DNA of 64,000 nt, taken from positions 78,140-142,139 of the forward strand of contig JBBRFL010000003.1 in NCBI GenBank assembly GCA_038224325.1, read 5' to 3'. The notes under the pieces were generated by a model. That model was given only the letters and a program-made list of their open reading frames with translations. It was not told where the DNA came from and ran no database searches. The stretch's first letter is position 1, and every line of letters starts with the position of its first letter. Below are positions 35,267 to 46,393 of this stretch, one piece after another. This DNA comes from Thermoanaerobaculia bacterium. GTDB lineage: Bacteria; Acidobacteriota; Thermoanaerobaculia; UBA5066; Gp7-AA6. A program made the translations under genes and the position numbers.

Positions 35267-36197
35267 CTGGCTCGAGGGAGGAGGCGGCGGGTCGAGGCGC
35301 GCTCAGGGCGCTCAGCGCCGGCCGCCCTCGGCGGTCCAGGAACCCGATGTACGAGCCCCAGGCGCCGACGCGCACCGCGGCGCGCAACCAGAGCGCGGCG
35401 AACTGCAGCGCGAGGAGAGCGGCGACCGCGGGCAGCGAGACGGCGGGCATGCACCAGGTGGCGAGGACGGCCCCCGCCGCGACTCCGCCTCCGGCGAACA
35501 GCCAGAAGAGAAAGAGGAGGAGCGCACGCAGGCGGGCTCCCGCGAGCGCCCGCCAGGCGAAGCGGAACGCGCGCCAGGCGCCGATCGTGGGGGAATATCT
35601 GCGGGCGGCGCGCGCGAAGTCATAGAGGAGCGAGAGGCCCGCGTACAGAAGGACGCCCCCGACGATCGTGACCCAGAAGACGATCGTCCGCACGGGAGCG
35701 TCGGGAGTGACGCTCTGGAGCGCATTCTTCGCGACGGCGCGCTCGCCGCCGAACCACGCGCCGAGCGCGATGCCCGCGAACGCCGCGAATAGCAGGAGGC
35801 ACTTCGCGTTGTGCCGGAAGTTGCGGCGAGCGGGCTCGAAGAACTGGGAGAACGAGAAGCGACCCCGCCCGAGCGCGGCCACGATTCCTCCGGCGAAGAA
35901 CGTTTGGAGGACGACCCCGAGGACTCCGGCGAACAGAGCCCCGCACCTCGCGCCGCGCACGGCGGGCGCCTGCTCGCGGAGGAAATCGAGGAAGTCGGTC
36001 GGGCCGAGGGTCGCCGTGTTCCGGATGAGGTGATCCCCTGCGAGCGTCCCGGCGACCGAGCCGGCGATCGCCGGGGTCAGCGGCATCGCCCCCGCCAGGC
36101 CGAGCGCCGCGGTGGTGAGCGCGAGTAAGAGGATCAGCTTCCCGTGCGAGAGCGCCGCGAAGCCGGCGGCGAGGCTGCCGCGAGGTGGAGCGGTCAC
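35256..36197 (-). CDS. polytopic inner-membrane protein, hypothetical
   Basis: The GTG start overlaps the M1 peptidase stop in a GTGA junction. At least six hydrophobic helices are present. No recognisable catalytic motif was found. Confidence 0.5.
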   Translation of the reverse strand: MTAPPRGSLAAGFAALSHGKLILLLALTTAALGLAGAMPLTPAIAGSVAGTLAGDHLIRNTATLGPTDFLDFLREQAPAVRGARCGALFAGVLGVVLQTFFAGGIVAALGRGRFSFSQFFEPARRNFRHNAKCLLLFAAFAGIALGAWFGGERAVAKNALQSVTPDAPVRTIVFWVTIVGGVLLYAGLSLLYDFARAARRYSPTIGAWRAFRFAWRALAGARLRALLLFLFWLFAGGGVAAGAVLATWCMPAVSLPAVAALLALQFAALWLRAAVRVGAWGSYIGFLDRRGRPALSALSAPRPAASSLEPVRT

Positions 36198-38329
36198 GCG
36201 AGAGCCCACAGGAGCTGAGTCCAGACCCCGACCCAGAAGGCCGCGTAGCCCGTGTACTTGACCGCGGCGCGGCGGCCGAGCGTGGCGGCGGCGCCCTTGC
36301 CGGCAGACAGGACCCTCGAGTCGTTGAGGCGATTGAGGTCCCATCCATTTCGTCGATCCGGATCGACGGCGGCGAAGGCCAGCCGGGACCGGAATCGGAC
36401 GCGCAGGCGGACCCAGCGCGCGGCGGCGGGAAGTTCCCGGTCCAGGACCGTGCCGTCCTCGAAGACCAGTCGCGCGCTCGCGCCGTGCTCCCACTCGCCC
36501 GTGTTGCCGAAGACTATGGAGGACTCGTAGCGCTTTCGCGCGTCCTTGCCCTTCGCCGGCTTCTCCTTCTCCCGGCCGGCGGCGACGCCGTCCTCGAGCG
36601 TCACTCGCGAGCCGTCCCGATCGAACACCCCGTCGTCGGCGTCGGCCTCGCGCGTCTTCGCCGAGACCACCTGCCAGTCCAGGCGGGAGGTTCCCTCCAG
36701 GAGGTTGCGCCGGTACGTCGAGAGGTCCCTCCCGGAGACCCTCTCGAACACCCGGAAGAAATCAGAGGTGGTGGGATGCCGAAACGACCACTCCTGGAAG
36801 TAGGCGCGCTGCGCCCGCGCGAAGGTCTGCATCCCGAGATCATTCTTGAGCTGCGCCATGAAGAGGCCGACCTTCGGGTACGAGTTGACGCCGTACGAGG
36901 CGCCCGAGGCGAAGCACCAGGCGCACCGCCGGATCGGGTCCAGGTTCGGGAGGTCGGCGGCCTGGCCGTGCGCGAGCGAGATCGAGTCGAATCCCACGCC
37001 GCCCGGGAACTCCGCGAAATCGCGCGGGCCGTACGCCAGCGCCATGGCCCGGTGCTCGGAATCGTCGTTGATCCCCTCGTCGAGCCAGGATTCCTCGAAC
37101 TCGTTGGAGCCGACCATTCCGTACCAGTACTGGTGTCCGAACTCGTGGATCGTGATTACCTCGATCAGGCGCACGTTCGAGAACGGCCAGCGGCCCAGGA
37201 AGGCGTTCGCTGCGCCGCCCGTGATGAAGGTCGGATACTCCATGCCGCTGGACCCGAGCGCGTCGTCGGGCGGATCGACCACCGTCAGCGTCTCGTAGGG
37301 ATACGCTCCGTACCAGAGGCCGTAGAAGGCGATCGCGGCCTTCGTGGACCGGACGTAGCGTTCGCGCGCCCACTCGTGGCCGGGCTGCAGCAGGAGACGG
37401 ACGGCCACGGGCCGGAGCGCGATCTGCGATTCGCTCAGGCCGAGCTCCGCGGCCGCCCGGGAGCCCCATCCGGCGGGGACGTCGCGCTCCGGCTCGAAGC
37501 GGAACTCCGTCACCTGCCAACGGGGGTCCGCCGTCCAGGCGAAGTCGTGGACGTCGCTCTGGACGTACCGGTACGTGGTTCGATTCCCGGCTCGTGTCTC
37601 GGCGACGCGGCGGCCCGTCGCGCCGACCACGAACCGCGACGGCACGGTCAGGGACACGTCGAAGCTCCCGAAGTCGGCGTAGAACTCCGAGTCCGCGTGG
37701 AAGGCGTGGCAGTTCCAGCCGCCAGTCCGGCGCTCCCGCACCCCCGCGGGCTCGTACACGCCGATCTTGGGAAACCACTGGCCTACGAGGAAGTAGTCGC
37801 GCACGAACCCGGTGCGCGCGAAGATCCTCGGCAGCTTCGCGTGGAACGCGATCTCGAGCGCGATCTGGCCGTGGGGAGGCACGGGGCGGGGGAGGGGCAC
37901 GGAGAGGACCGTCTCGTCGCCCGGGTCGTTGCCGTCGGGCTGGACGAATCGGGACCCGGACTTCAGCTCGCGGCCCTCGGAGGTGATGGAGGAGACGTCG
38001 ATCCAGCCCCAATCGTCGGGCTTTCGGCCCGCCTCGTCGCCCCGCACCTGAACTCCCGACTCCCGCATGAACGTCGTGCGGTTGTTCTTGAACGCGTTCA
38101 GATAGAGGTGAAACCGAAGCTCCGACACTGTGTCTCCGGAGGGATTTCGCCAGAGCAGGCGCTCCCGTCCGTCCAGCATCTTCTTTCCGGGGTCGAGAGT
38201 GACCTGGATCCCGTACTCGACGACGGGGGGGGAGACCGGTGTCGCCGCGGAAAGCGCCCCGCCAGAAAAAGCCGTGAGGCTCGCGGCCGAGAGCGCGGCC
38301 GTCCCGAGCTTCTTCCAGGCAGTTCCCAT
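36194..38329 (-). CDS. secreted M1-family zinc aminopeptidase
   Basis: A signal peptide is present. The HEXXH-(18)-E zincin signature is present (ITIHEFGHQYWYGMVGSNEFEESWLDEGIN), with the GAMEN-like GMEYPTF upstream. Confidence 0.85.
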   Translation of the reverse strand: MGTAWKKLGTAALSAASLTAFSGGALSAATPVSPPVVEYGIQVTLDPGKKMLDGRERLLWRNPSGDTVSELRFHLYLNAFKNNRTTFMRESGVQVRGDEAGRKPDDWGWIDVSSITSEGRELKSGSRFVQPDGNDPGDETVLSVPLPRPVPPHGQIALEIAFHAKLPRIFARTGFVRDYFLVGQWFPKIGVYEPAGVRERRTGGWNCHAFHADSEFYADFGSFDVSLTVPSRFVVGATGRRVAETRAGNRTTYRYVQSDVHDFAWTADPRWQVTEFRFEPERDVPAGWGSRAAAELGLSESQIALRPVAVRLLLQPGHEWARERYVRSTKAAIAFYGLWYGAYPYETLTVVDPPDDALGSSGMEYPTFITGGAANAFLGRWPFSNVRLIEVITIHEFGHQYWYGMVGSNEFEESWLDEGINDDSEHRAMALAYGPRDFAEFPGGVGFDSISLAHGQAADLPNLDPIRRCAWCFASGASYGVNSYPKVGLFMAQLKNDLGMQTFARAQRAYFQEWSFRHPTTSDFFRVFERVSGRDLSTYRRNLLEGTSRLDWQVVSAKTREADADDGVFDRDGSRVTLEDGVAAGREKEKPAKGKDARKRYESSIVFGNTGEWEHGASARLVFEDGTVLDRELPAAARWVRLRVRFRSRLAFAAVDPDRRNGWDLNRLNDSRVLSAGKGAAATLGRRAAVKYTGYAAFWVGVWTQLLWALA

Positions 38330-38391
38330 AAAGTGGCGGTGAATGCTGTGCCGCGGCGCCGGTTTGAGTCAATAGAATTCGGGGGATCCGA

Positions 38392-39387
38392 ATGCCGATT
38401 GCCTTTCTGACCGGTGGCACCGGATTCGTCGGCGGCCACGTCGCGAAGACGCTGTGCGCGGAGGGCTGGACCGTCCGTGTGCTGGCGCGGGACGCGGCGC
38501 GCGCGCGGGGAGTGCTGCTGTCCGGCCTGCCCATCGAGGTCGTCGCGGGCGACCTCTCCGAGAACGCGGCGCTGGCGAAGGCGGCCTCGGGAGTCGACGC
38601 GATCGTGCACGCCGCCGGACTCGTCAAGGCCCGCACGCTGGAGGACTATCGCGAGGTCAATCAGCGGGGAACGCAGCGTCTCGTGGCCGCCGCTTCGGAG
38701 TCCGCTCCCGGGGCGATCTTCGTGCACCTCTCGAGCCAGGCGGCCGCGGGGCCGGCGATCGGCGGACGTCCGGTCACGGAGAGCGATCCGCCGCGTCCTG
38801 TGTCCTGGTACGGGGTCTCCAAGCGGGAGGGCGAGATCGCCGTGACCGAGTCCTGGCCCGGGCCCTGGATCATCCTGCGGCCCGGAGTGATCTTCGGCCC
38901 GGGCGACCGGGGCGTCTTCCTCTACTTTCGAATGGCGGCCTCCGGATGGATCCCGCTGCCCGCCGGGGAGGCGCGCGTGGAGATCATGGGGGCGGAGCAG
39001 GCGGCCCTCGCGATCGCGCGCGCGGCCTCGCGCCGGGACCTGGCGGGGCGGACGGGATTTCTCTGCGACCCGGAGCCCGTGCGCCTGGGGGATCTGGCAG
39101 CCATGATCGCCGCTCTGCCTCGGCGCCGCGCCCGCGTGATCCCGATTCCCGACGCTGCCGTCCGCCTCCTGGGTCGGGTCGAGTCGTGGCGGGAGACGAT
39201 CACCGGCCGATCCCGGCCGTTCAACGCGGACAAGGCGCGGGAGATCCTGTCCGGCGACTGGCTCTGCGACGGTGCCCCCATGCGAGAGGCCCTCCTCCTT
39301 CCCCCGCCCCGGCCCCTCCCCGAGAGGCTGCGCGCCGCCTGGGACTGGTATCTTCAGGCCGGATGGCTCCCGGGCGCAGCTTTGTAA
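38392..39387 (+). CDS. NAD(P)-dependent epimerase/dehydratase-family SDR reductase
   Basis: The Rossmann motif FLTGGTGFVGGHV is present, together with the YxxxK catalytic pair (WYGVSK). Confidence 0.8.
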   Translation: MPIAFLTGGTGFVGGHVAKTLCAEGWTVRVLARDAARARGVLLSGLPIEVVAGDLSENAALAKAASGVDAIVHAAGLVKARTLEDYREVNQRGTQRLVAAASESAPGAIFVHLSSQAAAGPAIGGRPVTESDPPRPVSWYGVSKREGEIAVTESWPGPWIILRPGVIFGPGDRGVFLYFRMAASGWIPLPAGEARVEIMGAEQAALAIARAASRRDLAGRTGFLCDPEPVRLGDLAAMIAALPRRRARVIPIPDAAVRLLGRVESWRETITGRSRPFNADKAREILSGDWLCDGAPMREALLLPPPRPLPERLRAAWDWYLQAGWLPGAAL

Positions 39388-39436
39388 AATTTGCTAAGAT
39401 TCGCCCGCCGGCCAAACCACAGGCGGGAGGGGAGAC

Positions 39437-40678
39437 ATGAGCAAGGTCGCCCGAGTGACCAGGGCGGACGCGGCGGGATCCGCTCCGTTCTTCGAAAAAT
39501 GCTACCGGTACGAGGACGCAGCCCGTGTCCGTCAGACCGGGTTTTACTCGTTTTTCCGCGTGATCGAGTCCGCCCAGGATCCCGAGGTCTTCATCGACGG
39601 CCGGAGCCTGATCATGCTTGGGTCCAACAACTACCTCGGGCTGACCAACGACGCGCGCGTCAAGGAGGCGGCCATCGCGGCGATCCGGAAATACGGATCG
39701 GGCTGCGCCGGCAGCCGTTTCCTGAACGGAACCCTGGACCTCCATGTCCGCCTCGAGGAGCGCCTGGCGGAGTTCATGCGGCAGGAAGCCGCGATCACGT
39801 TCTCGACGGGATTCCAGGTGAACCTCGGCGCGATCGCCTGCCTCGTCGCCAAGGGCGACACCGTCTACCTCGACAAGCAGGATCACGCGTGCATCATCGA
39901 CGGGGCCCGGCTCTCGTTCGGAAACGTCAAGAAATACAAGCACAACGACCCCTCGGATCTGCGCCGCCAGATGCGCAACGACAGCGAGGCCAAGGGGAGG
40001 CTCGTGGTCCTGGACGGCGTCTTCTCGATGGAGGGCGACATCGCGCTACTGCCGGAGATCGTCTCCGTGGCGCGCGAGTTCGCAGCGGGCGTTATGGTCG
40101 ACGACGCCCACGGCATCGGCGTCCTCGGGAGGACGGGGCGCGGCACGGCCGAGCATTTCGACCTCGAGCGCGACGTCGACCTGATCATGGGCACCTTTTC
40201 CAAGTCGATGGCCTCCGTCGGCGGCTTCATCGCCGGCAACTCGACCGTCATCGACTACATCAAGCATCGCGCTCGGACGCTGATCTTCTCGGCCGCCCCG
40301 CCGCCGGCGTCGGCCGCGGCCGCGCTCGCTACGATCGAGATCATGGATCGCGAGCCCCAGCGCCGCGAGCGGCTCTGGGAGAACACGCGCTTCTTCTCGG
40401 AGGGGCTGCGCTCGCTCGGGCTCGATACCGGCGACTCCGGCACTCCGGTCGTTCCGGTCGTGGTCGGGGAGGACCTGACCGCGCTGAGGATGGTCCACCG
40501 ACTCCAGGAGGAGGGCGTCTTCGTGAACTGCGTCCTCTCCCCGGCCACGCCTCCCGGGCGGGCGCTGATCCGCACCTCGCTCATGGCGACGCACAGCCGG
40601 GAGCAGCTCGCTCGGGCGCTCGACGCGTTCGAGAAGGTGGGCCGAGAAGTCGGCCTCGTGCGCACGGGCGGCGTCTGA
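39437..40678 (+). CDS. alpha-oxoamine synthase (serine palmitoyltransferase / 8-amino-7-oxononanoate synthase family)
   Basis: The PLP fold type I is recognisable. Diagnostic motifs: LGSNNYLGL, SGCAGSRFLNGT, DDAHGIGVLG, GTFSKSMASVGGF (Lys for PLP). The C-terminus (…FVNCVLSPATPPG…) is similar to Spt/Kbl/BioF. Confidence 0.85.
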   Translation: MSKVARVTRADAAGSAPFFEKCYRYEDAARVRQTGFYSFFRVIESAQDPEVFIDGRSLIMLGSNNYLGLTNDARVKEAAIAAIRKYGSGCAGSRFLNGTLDLHVRLEERLAEFMRQEAAITFSTGFQVNLGAIACLVAKGDTVYLDKQDHACIIDGARLSFGNVKKYKHNDPSDLRRQMRNDSEAKGRLVVLDGVFSMEGDIALLPEIVSVAREFAAGVMVDDAHGIGVLGRTGRGTAEHFDLERDVDLIMGTFSKSMASVGGFIAGNSTVIDYIKHRARTLIFSAAPPPASAAAALATIEIMDREPQRRERLWENTRFFSEGLRSLGLDTGDSGTPVVPVVVGEDLTALRMVHRLQEEGVFVNCVLSPATPPGRALIRTSLMATHSREQLARALDAFEKVGREVGLVRTGGV

Positions 40679-40706
40679 GGCGACCGGGACGCGCGGCGGA
40701 GGACCG

Positions 40707-41855
40707 GTGACAGGGGCTCCGGAGCCCGCGCTCATCCGGCGCATCGGCCGGAGCCGGGCCGAGCTCTCGCATTTCTTCGACGTCGCCGACCGGATCTACG
40801 CCGGCGATCCGAACTGGGTCGCGCCCCTGCGCTCGGACGTCGCGAAGGTCTTCCAGGACGAGAATCCGTTCTTCCGCCACGGCGAGATTCAGCTGTTCCT
40901 GGCGAATCGCGGCTTGAAGACCGTCGGCCGGATCGCCGCAATCCTCGACCGCAACCACAACGCGTTCCACGGAGAGAAGGCCGCGTTCTTCGGTTTCTTC
41001 GAGTCGGAGGACGACCCGGAAACTGCCGGCAAGCTCCTGGAGGCGGCCGCGGTCTGGGGCCGCGAACGCAAGATGACGGTGCTGCGCGGCCCGACCAACC
41101 CCACGCTCAACGATGAGGCGGGTCTGCTGGTGGAGGGCTTCGACTCGCCGCCCGTCCTCATGATGACGTACAACCCGCGCTCGTACGCGGCCCTCATCGA
41201 GGGGCAGGGCTTTCGGAAGGCCAAGGACCTGCTCGCCTACTGGTTCCCCCTCGAAGAGAAGCCGCTGGAGCGCCTCTCTCGTGTCGCGGAGCGCTTCCGA
41301 AAGCGGGAGCCCGACATCGTCGTCCGCAACGTCTCGAAGGGCGGGCTCGCGGTCGACCTCGCGAAGATTCGCGAGGTGTACAACGCAGCGTGGGAGAAGA
41401 ACTGGGGCTTCGTGCCGATGACGTCCGAGGAGATGGATTTCATGGCCAAGCGCCTGAAGCCGCTGCTCGTCGAGGAGCTCCTGTGGCTCGCCGAGGCGCG
41501 CCGGAGCGACGGCACGCTCGAGCCGATCGGCTTCATGCTCATGCTTCCGGACTACAACCTCGCGATCGCTCCAACCCGGGGGCGGCTCCTGCCCTTCGGC
41601 TGGCTCAAGTTCTTGATCGCGTCTCGAAGCATCCGAACCGTCCGTGTCCTCACCTTGGGGATCCGCAAGGAGTACCGGCTGCGCGGCATCCAATCGATCA
41701 TGATGGCCGACTCGCTCCGTTACCTGCTCGGGAAGGGCTACACGGGAGCCGAGGTGTCGTGGCTGCTCGAGGACAACGAGCTGATAATCGGCGCCGTGAA
41801 GCTCTGGGGCGGGAAGCTCTACAAGACGTACCGGATCTACGAGAAGAGCCTCTAG
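40707..41855 (+). CDS. GNAT-fold (BioF2-like / Acetyltransf_6-type) N-acyltransferase, candidate bacterial ceramide synthase
   Basis: The protein is 382 aa. There is no nucleotide-binding motif. An acyl-CoA N-acyltransferase-like C-terminal half is present (…VRVLTLGIRKEYRLRGIQSIMMADSL…). The gene lies directly 3' of the Spt-like gene, which is the classic 'BioF2-like' arrangement. Confidence 0.55.
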   Translation: MTGAPEPALIRRIGRSRAELSHFFDVADRIYAGDPNWVAPLRSDVAKVFQDENPFFRHGEIQLFLANRGLKTVGRIAAILDRNHNAFHGEKAAFFGFFESEDDPETAGKLLEAAAVWGRERKMTVLRGPTNPTLNDEAGLLVEGFDSPPVLMMTYNPRSYAALIEGQGFRKAKDLLAYWFPLEEKPLERLSRVAERFRKREPDIVVRNVSKGGLAVDLAKIREVYNAAWEKNWGFVPMTSEEMDFMAKRLKPLLVEELLWLAEARRSDGTLEPIGFMLMLPDYNLAIAPTRGRLLPFGWLKFLIASRSIRTVRVLTLGIRKEYRLRGIQSIMMADSLRYLLGKGYTGAEVSWLLEDNELIIGAVKLWGGKLYKTYRIYEKSL

Positions 41856-42799
41856 CCCCCCCCCGGAGCGGTTTCTGCGACCACGATGCGATCGTAGATC
41901 CAATCCCCGAGGGGCACGGCGGCGAAGGCGAGAACCATTCCCGCGATCACGTCGACCGCGTAGTGGTACCGGCAATACACGGTCGAGAAGATCAGCCCCG
42001 TCGCGAGCGGCAAAAGGTACCAGAACACGTCTCGAGCCCTCCGCCACGCGACCAGCAGGACGGCCACCGAGATCATCGTGTGTCCGGAGGGAAAGACGTC
42101 GAACTTCGTCTTCTCCAGACTGTTGATCGTGTCGTTGATGGCGCGAGCCACCGGGGTCGTCACGAGCGAGATCGTGTATTGCGAGGCCTGGGTGAAGCGC
42201 GGGCCGAGCGCGGGGATGGCGAAGTAGCCCGCGTATGAGACGTAGTAGACGACCATGAGTGTGAAGATGAACCGCCGCGCCGCGGCGCGATCCCGGACCC
42301 ACAGGACGAGCCCGAGGCTGAGCGCGATGAAGTAGTAGCTCGCGTAGAACGTGTAGAAGAGGTCGCTCAGGAGCGGGCGGACGAGGCGCTGCATCCAGAT
42401 GGTCACGTCCACCCCGAAGAGTGCCCGGTCGGCGGCGATCAGCAGATCGTCCCGGGGGCCTCCGCGCAGCGCCTCGATCAGCGGCTCGAGGGTGTTGAAG
42501 AGGATGGGGAGGAAGGCCGCGGGGTAAAAGTCCACGAGCAGGACCACGGAAGCCGGGAGGCGGTCGAGTCGCCGGGAGAGCGCCGTCATCACGCACAGCG
42601 CGACGGCCAGCGCGGCGTAGCCGAGGAGCATCGCCGAAAGGTGCGCGAGACGCCCGTGCAGGATCAGCGCCAGCAGCGTGAGGACGGCGAGCGCCACGAA
42701 GTGGATCACCTCGGTCGGGCGGATGCGCACGCACCTTTTATACCCGCTGCCGATCCAGAAGTCACCGCCGCCCGTCGGATAGAATCGCGCGGATGACAA
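41852..42799 (-). CDS. PAP2-superfamily lipid phosphatase/phosphotransferase membrane protein
   Basis: About six TM helices are predicted. The PAP2 motifs are present (…[14 protein letters not shown]…[17 protein letters not shown]). The start is uncertain: TTG 42799, or a GTG near 42731. Confidence 0.7.
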   Translation of the reverse strand: MSSARFYPTGGGDFWIGSGYKRCVRIRPTEVIHFVALAVLTLLALILHGRLAHLSAMLLGYAALAVALCVMTALSRRLDRLPASVVLLVDFYPAAFLPILFNTLEPLIEALRGGPRDDLLIAADRALFGVDVTIWMQRLVRPLLSDLFYTFYASYYFIALSLGLVLWVRDRAAARRFIFTLMVVYYVSYAGYFAIPALGPRFTQASQYTISLVTTPVARAINDTINSLEKTKFDVFPSGHTMISVAVLLVAWRRARDVFWYLLPLATGLIFSTVYCRYHYAVDVIAGMVLAFAAVPLGDWIYDRIVVAETAPGGG

Positions 42800-44091
42800 C
42801 GCGGGCCTTCGGGTCGGCCTGTGCCGTGTTCGCGGTGGCCGCCTGGGCGGGAGCGTCGGAGCCTCTCGTCGTGGCCGGTCGGATCGACACGCCCATCCAT
42901 CCCGCTTCGGCGAACTATCTGGCGGCGGTCCTCGCGCAGGCCGCGAAGGAACACGCGGAGCTGGTCGTCCTGACGCTCTCGACTCCGGGCGGCCTCCTCG
43001 CCTCGACGCGCGAGATGAGCTCCGCGATCCTGCTCTCGAAGGTACCCGTCGCGACGTTCGTATCCCCCTCGGGGGCCCAGGCCGCGTCCGCCGGCTTCTT
43101 CCTGCTGCTGTCCGGAGACGTCGCGGCCATGTCGCCCGGGACGAACACGGGCGCCGCGCACCCTGTCGGCGGCGAGGGCCAGGATCTTCCTCAGAAGATG
43201 AACGAAAAGGTGGAGCAGGACGCGCGAGCCTTCGTCCGGACGCTCGCCCGCCAGCGGGGGCGCAATGTCGAGAAGGCGGAGGCCGCGGTCGAGAAGAGCC
43301 TGTCGTACACGGAGACCGAGGCCCGGGACGGCGGGCTCGTCGAGCTCATCGCCCGCGATGTCCCGGATCTCGTGTCCCGCCTCGACGGCCGCAAGCTGTC
43401 CCGGGTCGGCGGCGGCGAGGCGACCCTCCACCTGCGCGGCTTCCGGATCGAGGAGCGGCCGATGGGCCGGATGGAACGCCTCCTCGGGGTCGTGTCCCAC
43501 CCCAACGTCGCCTACGTCCTGTTCCTCGTGGGCCTCGTCGGCCTGTACTTCGAGCTCTCGACGCCGGGAGCGGTCCTGCCCGGGGTCGCCGGCGGCATCG
43601 CACTGCTGCTCGCCCTGTATGCGTTCTCGGTGCTGCCCGTGAACCTGGCCGGCGTCGCCTTGATCCTCTTCGGGATCCTCCTCTTCGTGGCGGAGATCAA
43701 GGTCGCGAGCCATGGCGTCCTGTCCGTCGGGGGCGCGATTGCGCTGGTCGCGGGATCGCTGCTTCTCTTCTCGGGGAAGGGCGACGTCGCGGGCTATCGC
43801 GTGGATCTCGCCATCATCGTGCCGGGGCTCGCGATGGCGCTCGCCATCGTCGGGCTCCTCACGTGGAAGACGATCCAGCTGCGGCGGACGCCGGCGCGGA
43901 CGGGATTGTCCGCGATGGTGGGGGAGTCGGCGCGGATCGTCCGCGGGTTCGGGCTCGAAACCGGCGGAACCGTCCAGGCGCGGGGCGAGTACTGGAACGC
44001 GGTCGGCTCCTCGGGCCTCGAGGCCGGCGAGACCGTGCGCATCGCGAGGATCGCCGACGGGGTCCTGTACGTCGAACGGAGGAACGGATGA
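42793..44091 (+). CDS. NfeD-family membrane-bound serine protease
   Basis: A signal peptide is present. The ClpP-like domain is recognisable ([17 protein letters not shown]…[15 protein letters not shown]). Multiple TM helices follow, and there is a C-terminal OB-fold. Confidence 0.8.
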   Translation: MTTRAFGSACAVFAVAAWAGASEPLVVAGRIDTPIHPASANYLAAVLAQAAKEHAELVVLTLSTPGGLLASTREMSSAILLSKVPVATFVSPSGAQAASAGFFLLLSGDVAAMSPGTNTGAAHPVGGEGQDLPQKMNEKVEQDARAFVRTLARQRGRNVEKAEAAVEKSLSYTETEARDGGLVELIARDVPDLVSRLDGRKLSRVGGGEATLHLRGFRIEERPMGRMERLLGVVSHPNVAYVLFLVGLVGLYFELSTPGAVLPGVAGGIALLLALYAFSVLPVNLAGVALILFGILLFVAEIKVASHGVLSVGGAIALVAGSLLLFSGKGDVAGYRVDLAIIVPGLAMALAIVGLLTWKTIQLRRTPARTGLSAMVGESARIVRGFGLETGGTVQARGEYWNAVGSSGLEAGETVRIARIADGVLYVERRNG

Positions 44092-44855
44092 CCGAGCTCT
44101 TTTCTCTCCCGGGATTTCTCGTGGCCGTGTTCATCGGGCTGCTGTTTCTGTTCAAGTGGATCAACGTGTTGAACGAGTACGAGCGCGGCGTCACGTTCTG
44201 GCTGGGCCGCCTCGGGAAGCGCCCCAAGGGTCCGGGGCTCGTTCTGATCTTCTGGCCGTTCGAGCGGATGGTGCGCATGTCGCTCCGGACGGTCGTTCAC
44301 GACGTTCCGCCCCAGGACATCATCACGCGCGACAACGTCTCCGTGAAGGTCAACGCGGTCGTGTACTTCCGGGTGGTAGAGCCCGAGAAGGCGGTCGTCC
44401 AGGTCGAGAACTACCTCTACGCGACCTCGCAGCTCGCCCAGACGACGCTGCGCAGCGTGTTGGGGCAGGCGCTGATGGACGAGCTGCTCTCGGAGCGGGA
44501 GAAGCTCAACGTGGATCTCCAGAAGGTGATCGACGAGCACACACAGCCCTGGGGCATCAAGGTGTCGCTGGTCGAGGTCAAGCAGGTGGACCTGCCGCCC
44601 GAGATGCAGCGCGCGATGGCCAAGCAGGCGGAGGCCGAGCGCGAGAAGCGGGCCAAGATCATCCATGCACAGGGGGAGCTCGAAGCCGCCACGGCGCTCT
44701 CGGAGGCGGCGCAGATCATCGACAAGCAGCCGGCCACCCTGCAGCTGCGCTACCTTCAAACCCTGACCGAGATTGCCAACGAGAAGAACTCGACGATCGT
44801 GTTTCCGCTGCCGATCGACCTCATCCAGATGTTCCTGAAACGCGACAAGAGCTAG
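44088..44855 (+). CDS. SPFH/Band-7 (stomatin-like) protein
   Basis: The ATG overlaps the NfeD stop in an ATGA junction. The stomatin core is present ([24 protein letters not shown]…[10 protein letters not shown]…[30 protein letters not shown]). Confidence 0.85.
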   Translation: MTELFSLPGFLVAVFIGLLFLFKWINVLNEYERGVTFWLGRLGKRPKGPGLVLIFWPFERMVRMSLRTVVHDVPPQDIITRDNVSVKVNAVVYFRVVEPEKAVVQVENYLYATSQLAQTTLRSVLGQALMDELLSEREKLNVDLQKVIDEHTQPWGIKVSLVEVKQVDLPPEMQRAMAKQAEAEREKRAKIIHAQGELEAATALSEAAQIIDKQPATLQLRYLQTLTEIANEKNSTIVFPLPIDLIQMFLKRDKS

Positions 44856-44873
44856 CAGGCTAGACTTTCCGAC

Positions 44874-45517
44874 GTGGACGAGCCGCGCACGCACTACCAG
44901 ATCTCCGTCACCGCGCGGCAGGCCGTCGGCCTGTTCGTGGGCCTGCTTCTGTCGCTCGGCCTCGCGTTCTTCTTCGGCCTGATGGCGGGCTTGTCCGGTT
45001 CGGGGCGGGCCCGCGCCGCGGCCGCGCGGACTCCGCCGCCGGTCTCCATGGCCTCCTCCGAGACCCTACCCCCGATCGAGACCGCCGTCCCGATCGCCTC
45101 CGCGCGCGTCGCAGCGGGAGATTCCCGGGACGCGGGAGCGCCGTCCTCCGCGGCGGAGCCCACGGTGCCGCCCGTCGTCCAGACCTTCGAGGACGGCAAC
45201 GCCGATGACACGGCCGCTCCTCCGCGAGCCGTCGCCACCCCCGCCGGAAGACCGGCGGCCGCGCCGCGGTCCCCCGCGCCCTCCGGTCACGTATGGGTTC
45301 AGGTGGCGTCCGTCTCGAGCCGGAGCGAAGCCGACGCCATGGCGGCCCGCCTGACGCGGCGCGGGTATCGCTCGCAGCTGGTCGTTGATTCCTCCGCGAA
45401 GGGGCGCATACGAGTCCGCGTCGGCCCGTTCCGAACCACGGAGGACGCCCGCCGGATCGCGGAGAAGCTTCGCCGGCAGGAGAAGATCAAGAGCCCCTGG
45501 GTGGTCACCGAGGCGAA

Positions 45518-45521
<4 letters not shown>
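44874..45521 (+). CDS. SPOR-domain (peptidoglycan-binding) membrane protein
   Basis: There is an N-terminal TM segment and a Pro/Ala-rich linker. A C-terminal SPOR fold is present (VWVQVASVSSRSEADAMAARLTRRGYRSQLVVDSSAKGRIRVRVGPFRTTEDARRIAEKL). Confidence 0.65.
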
Positions 45522-46389
<868 letters not shown>

Positions 46390-46393
<4 letters not shown>

